64,000 bases of DNA, from IMG/VR virus record IMGVR_UViG_3300012232_000003, positions 788 to 64,787 of that record, one strand, 5' to 3'. The DNA comes from a virus (taxonomy: Duplodnaviria; Caudoviricetes). The notes beneath the pieces were generated by a model. The model did not search any database. It was not told where the DNA came from and saw only the letters and a program-made list of their open reading frames with translations. The position numbers and the translations under genes were made by a program. Of this stretch, positions 8,194 to 15,232 are shown piece by piece; the first letter of the stretch is position 1; the number at the start of each line of letters is the position of its first letter.

Positions 8194-9318
8194 GTGAAAG
8201 CGTTGGGTGTGTATATCTTCGCGGGTGGGTTCACCCAGGGTCTCAAGAAGCACGCCAAGGTGCTTGCCCATCTCGAGGACAAGCCGTACCCGGGCACCGA
8301 GACTAGTCAACTCAACCACCCTGAAGTGCCCATCTACTTTCGACAAGACAAACCGACGTGGGATGAGTTACACCAATTCAACAACAAAGTTGACTTGGTG
8401 TATGCCAATCCCCCTTGTGCCATCGTGTCGCCCATCGGCCGCTCGATGATGAACGGCGCCAGCTCTTGGCAAACAGATCCGCGGCTGTCGTGCTGGACAC
8501 GAACCTACCAGACCATCGAGCTGAACCCAAGCATGCTCATGATTGAGTCGGTACCTGGGATGCAGTCCCCTAAGAAGGCACGACCCTTCATCGATGGGCT
8601 CGCCAAGGACGCCATGAGCCGCGGGTACAGTGTGACGTATATCATGCACGACGGCGGGCTCCTGGGGCTACCGCACCATCGTAGGCGTTTTCTATTCGTG
8701 GCCCACAAGCATATCTTGCGGTACCCGAAGGTCACCAGGAGAAAGGTACCCACCGTAGGTGAGGTCCTTTCTCGTGTTGAGGATCCCGGTTGGTTCCGCC
8801 CCATGACTCGCGACCAGAAGATGGTGTGGCGCAAGTTGAAGCTCGGCAAGGTGAAGGATGGCAACGGTGGGTACTATCCTCGGTGGGAAAAGTTCAAGTC
8901 GGCCTGGTGTCGGATCCATAATGAGCCAGCTAGTGGACCTACGGATCGTCACGGACGCCCGCTCTTCATGCATTCGCGTCTGCATCACGATCGGCCTGCT
9001 AACGCTTTTGTGGGCAACTATCTCTTCCATCCTACTGAACCTCGCCATCTTGGTCACAACGAGATGAAGGCGCTTTGCGGCTATCCTCTGGGCTACCAGA
9101 TTGCTGGTAGGCCAGGGAAAGCCGCAACCCTCTTAGCTCAGGCCGTCCTCCCACCCGTGGGCGATTGGTTCGGTCGCATGGCGATGATGACCCTGGATGC
9201 GCGCGCTCGGTTCAATCGACCCACGGCCCAGGTACTCGATCTGATGCTTCGGCCTAAGACCGACTACAAGCCCATCGTGAAAGATGCCTTTGATGATGAA
9301 GGGGAGTGCGATGAATGA
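8194..9318 (+). CDS. Divergent C5-cytosine DNA methyltransferase-like protein
   Basis: Motifs in order: I YIFAGGFTQG, IV ANPPC, VI IESV, VIII GLPHHRRRFLFVA, IX RHLGHNEMKALCGYP, X LAQAVLPP. Confidence 0.8.
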   Translation: MKALGVYIFAGGFTQGLKKHAKVLAHLEDKPYPGTETSQLNHPEVPIYFRQDKPTWDELHQFNNKVDLVYANPPCAIVSPIGRSMMNGASSWQTDPRLSCWTRTYQTIELNPSMLMIESVPGMQSPKKARPFIDGLAKDAMSRGYSVTYIMHDGGLLGLPHHRRRFLFVAHKHILRYPKVTRRKVPTVGEVLSRVEDPGWFRPMTRDQKMVWRKLKLGKVKDGNGGYYPRWEKFKSAWCRIHNEPASGPTDRHGRPLFMHSRLHHDRPANAFVGNYLFHPTEPRHLGHNEMKALCGYPLGYQIAGRPGKAATLLAQAVLPPVGDWFGRMAMMTLDARARFNRPTAQVLDLMLRPKTDYKPIVKDAFDDEGECDE

Positions 9319-9880
9319 GGTGGACACCCGAGACGGTGAAGACCAGGATCAGGGAGCTGCCTGTCCTGAGAACGGCCCCATCAGCATACGCACTGAAGTA
9401 CCGACCGTCCCCCGATTGGCAGATCGACGGACGGGCCAAAGGATTACGTACAATTGCGGCGAGCCATCTATCATCGACTATACAAACTGGAAGGGTGTTC
9501 GCCGACGGCGTAAGGTTCAGCCGCTCACCATCTTCTGGGGATGCTCCCTCTATCATCACACCCTACAATGGTTTCTCGAGGCTTATGACCTTGAGGACTT
9601 GAACCTCTTGAAGTTCTTTCCACTCGCGAACATCCACGGTTGGGAGACCTATGATGAAACCCGAGAACGCCAACTGCTTCATGAACCTACCAAAGTTGCC
9701 GCCGGTGAAGTTTGGGAAGGATCAGTACCCGCTCTTCACGAGGATCAGCATCGAGACAAGCAAGGTGTGCAACCGGACGTGCTGGTTCTGCCCGGCGGAG
9801 CAGCGGGGCAAGAAGCAGAAGCTGATGACGGATCAGCTGTACAGCAAGATCCTCCACGAGTTGGCGGCCTTGAATTTTGA
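9311..9880 (+). CDS. WYL-like domain protein (frame and extent uncertain)
   Basis: DYTNWKGVRRRRKVQPLTIFWG...QWFLEAYDLE...FFPLANI resembles phage WYL-like proteins. It overlaps ORF 9315-9602 and the radical SAM gene. Confidence 0.45.
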   Translation: MNEVDTRDGEDQDQGAACPENGPISIRTEVPTVPRLADRRTGQRITYNCGEPSIIDYTNWKGVRRRRKVQPLTIFWGCSLYHHTLQWFLEAYDLEDLNLLKFFPLANIHGWETYDETRERQLLHEPTKVAAGEVWEGSVPALHEDQHRDKQGVQPDVLVLPGGAAGQEAEADDGSAVQQDPPRVGGLEF

Positions 9881-10592
9881 CGGCGTCGTCCAATGGTTTT
9901 TCATCAACGAGCCACTGATGGACAAGAGATGGCCGGAGCGCATAGCTGCTCTTCGGTCACAGGTTCCACGATGCACCATCCACCTCACCACCAACTGGGA
10001 CTTGATGGCCAAGCGCTCTGATGACGAACAGGTCGCTACCATCAAAGCACTCTACGAGGCTGGCGTCAACTCGTTCAACATCAACGACTACGATGAGAAA
10101 GGCTATGGTCGGATCATTCCGATCGCTGCCACCGAACTGAACAAGTGGCAGCACACCAAGGTGACCGTAAGCAACCACTGCTGGAAGAAAATCGGACCTA
10201 GGAAGAGGGTCCTCAGCTGCGGTCCGCTGCCTAAGACCCTACACACCCGCACCGGTTATACCAAGCTCGAGAACATCGAGACCTTCTGGAAGGGTGGCAG
10301 TCAACGTGGCAAGAAGCACTGCCCACGCCCCTTCCGGCATATTGTCGTTCAATATGACGGCAAGGTGCCGCTGTGTTGCACGGTGGATCCCACCAACGCC
10401 GAGGTCGAATGGATGGCTGACATCAACCAGGTATCGCTCGTTGAGGCATGGAACTCGAAGCGCATGTGGGAATACCGTTCGCTACTCCAGGACGGCAAGC
10501 GTGCAGGTCAATGCGCCAAGTGCGACGCGAAGTTCAGCTTCCCCAGCATCGTACGGCGTGTCGACCTGGGCAAGGTGAAAGCGAACGTATGA
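9651..10592 (+). CDS. Radical SAM enzyme with SPASM domain
   Basis: CNRTCWFC (CxxxCxxC), INEPL, and a C-terminal CPRPF...DGKVPLCC...CAKC. Confidence 0.9.
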   Translation: MMKPENANCFMNLPKLPPVKFGKDQYPLFTRISIETSKVCNRTCWFCPAEQRGKKQKLMTDQLYSKILHELAALNFDGVVQWFFINEPLMDKRWPERIAALRSQVPRCTIHLTTNWDLMAKRSDDEQVATIKALYEAGVNSFNINDYDEKGYGRIIPIAATELNKWQHTKVTVSNHCWKKIGPRKRVLSCGPLPKTLHTRTGYTKLENIETFWKGGSQRGKKHCPRPFRHIVVQYDGKVPLCCTVDPTNAEVEWMADINQVSLVEAWNSKRMWEYRSLLQDGKRAGQCAKCDAKFSFPSIVRRVDLGKVKANV

Positions 10593-10711
10593 CCTGGCAA
10601 GCAAAGGCACTCCTATGGATCTGCGCACTCTCACTGCTTGGCGCTACGCTGACCTACCAGTGGGAACACCGTTCTGTGACCCCACGACAACCACCGGCTT
10701 GGTACCGCTGA
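10589..10711 (+). CDS. Small membrane peptide
   Basis: MTWQAKALLWICALSLLGATLTY, with an ATGA overlap. Confidence 0.4.
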   Translation: MTWQAKALLWICALSLLGATLTYQWEHRSVTPRQPPAWYR

Positions 10712-10743
10712 TTAACCAAGCCTGGCGAGACTTCTGTCTCAAC

Positions 10744-10857
10744 ATGCCCAGGTGTGATTCGATCGAAGAGCTCGATGACTACGAGTCCTACTTCCTCGTG
10801 CTGGGTGTGATGGCCATCACCGCCACAACGTTCAAGCTGCTGCAGGTGCTCCTGTGA
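10744..10857 (+). CDS. Small membrane peptide
   Basis: Hydrophobic C-terminus and a GTGA overlap with the GT gene. Confidence 0.35.
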   Translation: MPRCDSIEELDDYESYFLVLGVMAITATTFKLLQVLL

Positions 10858-12128
10858 AGATCGGATATGCAAAGTTGGGTCGCAGCTTCCCTGTTCGCTA
10901 CTTCAAGTCGAGCAGCCTCGGTGGTGATCAAGCCGTAGTTCGCCTGCTCGACTACCTTCGACGTGATCACGAGGTTCACCTGATCGGTCCCAACCAAGGC
11001 GTGGACGATGCGCGGATCTATAGGTTCGTGCCCGAGAACACGGTGAACCATTGGATGCCTGGCGAGGCGTTCGGCGATGTGCCTACGGTTCCCGATGAGG
11101 ATCGTAAACCCGATGCGCCATCCTACAAGCAATTTCTGAAGACACTCGATGAGGGCATCAAACGTCTTCCGAAACTCGATGCTTGGGTTATCTGGCTTGG
11201 GCAACACAGCTCGGTGTCGAGCTTCATTCCGCCAGAGCGAGACCTCGAAAAGGCTCACGTGACCCCGCTCATGAGCCAAATCAATTACGTATATCCGATC
11301 TTGTACATGCTCAACCACCTCAAGATCAAACCGATCTGGCTTCATCCCGACGCACGAAACATCCTCAAGAGCCGTGACCTGTGGGACAACCAGCAACGGC
11401 AGGTCCTCTCTCAGTACGACCGAGAGCATGAGATCAAGTCATGGGATCCACGAGAAGGTACTCGCATAAGTTCCCTCGTGTATCGCTATGCTGGTCTCGA
11501 GTTGCTCGTCATGCCAGAGACTGGATACGACAAGACTGACTTTGATGAGGTCAGCGTTGGTCCCGAGCGCCTAACATTCGGTGTACTGACCAATGAGGGC
11601 CTCGAGAAGAAGCACAATTCACGTCTGGCCAACGTGCGTGACTGGTGCACACCGCTTCAAGATCTGGACGGGTGGGAGCTCGTGGGACACTTTTCGGCCA
11701 AAAGTCAGGTAGCGCTTGGTCGAAAGGTCACCCCTGTACCAAATACCCAAGTGCGTGATACACTGCGTCGGTGGAAGTGCACCATCACGTTCCCACCCAC
11801 CGCCGATGCCCACTCGACGAAGTGGGTATCAGCCAAGCCATGGGAGTGTTTCGCGGCAGGGACTCTTTGCTTCAAGCATCCACTCTACGATACCCAGGGG
11901 CACATTTATGGAAGTCGGATGCCCCAAGAGCTTAGGGAGTTCCTCTGTGTTACGGCGCCTCGGGAACTTCGTGATAAGGTGGAGTTGGTCGCGTCACGCC
12001 CGGGACTATATCGATCCCTTGCACGATTACAGTTCGATTACGTCAGCATCACAATGCGAGACTGGAAGGGTGGGCAGCGGGCAGTTGACGAGGCTATACA
12101 GGAGATGGCAAGTGAACGACGCACCTAA
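10854..12128 (+). CDS. GT-B glycosyltransferase resembling T4 DNA beta-glucosyltransferase
   Basis: MKIGYAKLG start, WLHPDAR, and C-terminal WVSAKPWECFAAGTLCF..YDTQGHI...VTAPRELRDKVELV...SLARLQFD, which parallels the T4 BGT C-terminus as I recall it. Confidence 0.7.
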   Translation: MKIGYAKLGRSFPVRYFKSSSLGGDQAVVRLLDYLRRDHEVHLIGPNQGVDDARIYRFVPENTVNHWMPGEAFGDVPTVPDEDRKPDAPSYKQFLKTLDEGIKRLPKLDAWVIWLGQHSSVSSFIPPERDLEKAHVTPLMSQINYVYPILYMLNHLKIKPIWLHPDARNILKSRDLWDNQQRQVLSQYDREHEIKSWDPREGTRISSLVYRYAGLELLVMPETGYDKTDFDEVSVGPERLTFGVLTNEGLEKKHNSRLANVRDWCTPLQDLDGWELVGHFSAKSQVALGRKVTPVPNTQVRDTLRRWKCTITFPPTADAHSTKWVSAKPWECFAAGTLCFKHPLYDTQGHIYGSRMPQELREFLCVTAPRELRDKVELVASRPGLYRSLARLQFDYVSITMRDWKGGQRAVDEAIQEMASERRT

Positions 12129-12864
12129 CGGCAACGGTCAACAGATCATCGACTCAACGTATGCTTTCTACATGGAAGACATGCGCGCATTTCATGAACG
12201 GTTCAGTCTGCTTCCCGAGCCGGACACCTACCTGGATCATCACGCTGTGTTCAGGCAGAACTTTCTGCTCGAGGAGCTCAATGAACTGAGCACCGCCTTC
12301 GCGAAGGGCGACCTCGTATCGTATCTCGACGCGCTTGTCGACCTCGACTATGTGACCCTGGGCACTGCGTTCTTGATGGGCCACTACTCGTTGTTCGTGA
12401 ACAACGACTCGACCCAAGTCTACATCAATCACTTGCAGAAGGATCGCTTCAAGGGTCACTCGCTTGCTGCGCCACAGCCACCCATCGCAAGTCAGTACGT
12501 GTTCTTTCTCGGGGGCATCTACACGCAGTTGGGAAGTGCGTTCCACTCGATGATGATGGCACGTCGTGGTGGCAACCGCACCGAGCACTTCACCAAGACG
12601 TGCTTGTCGCTGCGTGACATGCATCGCAACATCGTCGATCATTCGTTCCTATGTGGCCTTGACTTTGTCGAGGCCTGGGATCGTGTGCATCGTGCCAACA
12701 TGTCAAAGGTCAGAGCCGAAAAGGCCGGCGACTCCAAGCGTGGATCCAAATTTGACGTGGTGAAGCCCTCAGGTTGGACTGCTCCTGACCTGACCGATCT
12801 GGTGGGCGATCCAGCCCACGACCTTCCTCCGTTCCTGTTGGAGCGTCAAGCCTCTAGTACGTAA
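12112..12864 (+). CDS. MazG-like/PRA-PH nucleotide pyrophosphohydrolase (candidate dCTPase/dUTPase)
   Basis: FHERF, LEELNEL, LDALVDLDYV and VHRANMSK...VVKPSGW. Start refined to GTG 12112. Confidence 0.8.
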   Translation: MNDAPNGNGQQIIDSTYAFYMEDMRAFHERFSLLPEPDTYLDHHAVFRQNFLLEELNELSTAFAKGDLVSYLDALVDLDYVTLGTAFLMGHYSLFVNNDSTQVYINHLQKDRFKGHSLAAPQPPIASQYVFFLGGIYTQLGSAFHSMMMARRGGNRTEHFTKTCLSLRDMHRNIVDHSFLCGLDFVEAWDRVHRANMSKVRAEKAGDSKRGSKFDVVKPSGWTAPDLTDLVGDPAHDLPPFLLERQASST

Positions 12865-12875
12865 GGAGTGTGCGT

Positions 12876-14015
12876 ATGATCATCGTGATTGAGGGCGCTG
12901 ACGGCGCCGGCAAGACGACCCTCGCACAAGCAATGCTCAGGCATTGCCCGGGCGAAGCTCACTATATCCACGCGACCCGTCCCGAGAAACAATGGCCCTA
13001 CGCGACTGACTTGCTTCACCAGGCTGTTGACAACGAGCTGCGGGGTTATCACACGATCCTCGATCGGCACTGGGTCAGCGACAACATCTATTACACGATC
13101 GACCCCAACGAGGAGGCACGATCGGGCATCCACGTCAGGCGTCAAGACTCTGTGTTGAGTCGGTTCGGTGCGTTCTATATCCTCTGTGCACCCGATCCCA
13201 CCCGTCTTATGACCGAGTACGTCAAGCTCAGTGAAGGTCGAGCGGAGCTATACGGTAAAAAGTATGAGGGTATGCGACGAGTGATGGACAAGTACCAGCG
13301 CCTATGGTTTGGTGCTGAGACCAACTCGGGATCGCAGTACACCGATCAGATGATCATTAGTGATCCCTGGAACTCACGACCACTCACCATACTCTATGAT
13401 CGCTTTGAGGTGAGCAACGTCGAGCAGTGGGCTCGATTGGCATGGCAACGTATGATGTTCGAGACCAAACCCTTCATCGATGCTGATCCGGTACGCAACC
13501 TCATCGCTGATGACGAGGTGCTCAACCTCAGCGGATCGTTGTTGACGTGCAAGGCACTCCTGGTGGGTGAGCGCGCGAGCAAGATCAAGTTGCCCATGCA
13601 CTGGCCGTTTTATTCCAATAAGGGGTCGGCAGGTTACCTCACCAAATCATTGCACGAGGGCAACATTCACGAGCGAGATGTGGCCCTCGTGAACGCCTAC
13701 TCGACACTCAACATGAGCACTCGACCTCTCGATGTGTGCGTCAAGTGGCTTCGTGCTCACCGCCCTGAGGTCAAAGTGATCGCTCTGGGCAAGGAGGCGA
13801 CCTACGTTCTTGACACCTTAGGTCACAGTAACTATGTCATGGTGCCACACCCACAGTGGGCTCGGCGCTTCGATCATCATGGCCAGTATCATACGATGCT
13901 CAGGAGTGTTATCGGTGAACATCGATCAGGAATTGAAATTCAGGGACGTACTGTTCAGGCTGTGGGCGTACGGCAAGAAGTCGAAGCCCCGGGGACTACT
14001 GATCAGCGAGCTTGA
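12876..14015 (+). CDS. dNMP (thymidylate-type) kinase fused to uracil-DNA glycosylase-like domain
   Basis: N-terminal IEGADGAGKTT and ILDRHWVSD; C-terminal LLVGER...WPF, LVNA, VIALGKEA and VPHPQW. Confidence 0.75.
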   Translation: MIIVIEGADGAGKTTLAQAMLRHCPGEAHYIHATRPEKQWPYATDLLHQAVDNELRGYHTILDRHWVSDNIYYTIDPNEEARSGIHVRRQDSVLSRFGAFYILCAPDPTRLMTEYVKLSEGRAELYGKKYEGMRRVMDKYQRLWFGAETNSGSQYTDQMIISDPWNSRPLTILYDRFEVSNVEQWARLAWQRMMFETKPFIDADPVRNLIADDEVLNLSGSLLTCKALLVGERASKIKLPMHWPFYSNKGSAGYLTKSLHEGNIHERDVALVNAYSTLNMSTRPLDVCVKWLRAHRPEVKVIALGKEATYVLDTLGHSNYVMVPHPQWARRFDHHGQYHTMLRSVIGEHRSGIEIQGRTVQAVGVRQEVEAPGTTDQRA

Positions 14016-14724
14016 GAACTTCAGCTATACGTTCCCACCATACTGCCGGTGGATGAACTTCGAGGCACGCAAGCTCAGCCTCAAATACATCAAGGCCGAG
14101 CTGCGCTGGTACCTGCACGGTGATCCACATGATCTTAGCATCGCCAGGTATGCACGACTGTGGGAGACCCTCGTCGATCACAGCGGCAAGGTCAATAGCA
14201 ACTATGGCCACTATGTTTTTCGTCGAGCCCAATTTCAATGGGTCATCAACGAACTCACTCGTGACCGTGACTCACGTCGGGCCAGCATGGTGATCCTGCA
14301 GCCATATCATATGACTCCCGACAATAAGGACGTGCCGTGCACCTACGGCTTGAACTTTCGGATCCGTGAAGGCAAGCTCAACTGCTCGGTTCACATGCGC
14401 TCCCAGGACGCGATCTGGGGCCTGGGTAACGACCTGCCGTTCTTCAGCGTGGTACAAGAGCTCGTGGCGGTGATGCTCTTGGTACCGATGGGTGACCTTC
14501 ACCTAGCGGTCGACTCATTTCACGTGTATGAAAAGCACTTCGATATGCTTGAGCAAATCGTCAATCACAACTCAAAGTGGACTACCATCGAGTGCCCCCG
14601 CATCTACTCGATCCGAGAGGCAACCCGACTCATCTGCGACAATCCAAACCTCGAGTTTGACTTCACCAAGTGGCTCTATGGAGGCAAGATCAGTGACGAC
14701 GCATCAACGGCCAGACCCACATGA
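13915..14724 (+). CDS. Thymidylate synthase superfamily enzyme, dCMP hydroxymethylase-like
   Basis: DRDSRRA, catalytic PC, and MRSQDAIWGLGND, with Asp at the pyrimidine-specificity position as in T4 gp42. GTG start with AGGAG. Confidence 0.8.
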   Translation: MNIDQELKFRDVLFRLWAYGKKSKPRGLLISELENFSYTFPPYCRWMNFEARKLSLKYIKAELRWYLHGDPHDLSIARYARLWETLVDHSGKVNSNYGHYVFRRAQFQWVINELTRDRDSRRASMVILQPYHMTPDNKDVPCTYGLNFRIREGKLNCSVHMRSQDAIWGLGNDLPFFSVVQELVAVMLLVPMGDLHLAVDSFHVYEKHFDMLEQIVNHNSKWTTIECPRIYSIREATRLICDNPNLEFDFTKWLYGGKISDDASTARPT

Positions 14725-15232
14725 GACCTGGCTTCTCGTCGCCAACACCATCGCTGCGCGTGGGACGTGCAAGCGACGTCGTGTGGGGTGTGTGCTTACC
14801 GACATTGATGGTTACGTGCTCAGCACCGGGTTCAACGGGGTGGGACCGGACCAGCCACATTGTATCGATACTCCCTGTGCCGGCGCAAGCTTTCCGACTG
14901 GCCAAGGCCTGGGCGAGTGCGAAGCAATCCACGCCGAGCAGAACGCGCTGATCACATGTGCTGATGTCCGCAAGGTTGCTTTCATCTATTCAACGGTCGC
15001 ACCATGCAAACATTGCACCAAGATGTTGTTGCGCACCCAGGCCAGATCGATCTACTTCATCGACGACTACGAGCAGTCGGGACGAGAACTGTGGGAACGT
15101 GCTGGCCGCAATTGGATCAAGCACTCGACCGCGATGCTCGGAGTCTCGAGGTACTTCAGCATCCCGCATGAATATCCCGTGGATCCCATACAGGCCAGCA
15201 TCATCGCTACATCGCTGTCGAGGATCGGGTGA
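14693..15232 (+). CDS. dCMP deaminase
   Basis: RGTCKRRRVGCV, STGFNG, HAEQNA and PCKHC. GTG start after GGAGG. Confidence 0.88.
   Translation: MTTHQRPDPHETWLLVANTIAARGTCKRRRVGCVLTDIDGYVLSTGFNGVGPDQPHCIDTPCAGASFPTGQGLGECEAIHAEQNALITCADVRKVAFIYSTVAPCKHCTKMLLRTQARSIYFIDDYEQSGRELWERAGRNWIKHSTAMLGVSRYFSIPHEYPVDPIQASIIATSLSRIG

Noticed and set aside
11716-12111. N-terminal 130 aa of the 382-aa track ORF 11716-12864
   Set aside because: It overlaps the BGT-like gene in another frame. The MazG-like protein plausibly starts at GTG 12112 after GGAG.
13915-14724. TS homologue as a dUMP hydroxymethylase (hmU pathway of YuA/SPO1-type phages) or an ordinary ThyA
   Set aside because: It has Asp rather than Asn at the specificity position, no hmU kinase or aGPT-type partners were recognised, and ThyX is present. 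This is disfavoured rather than excluded.
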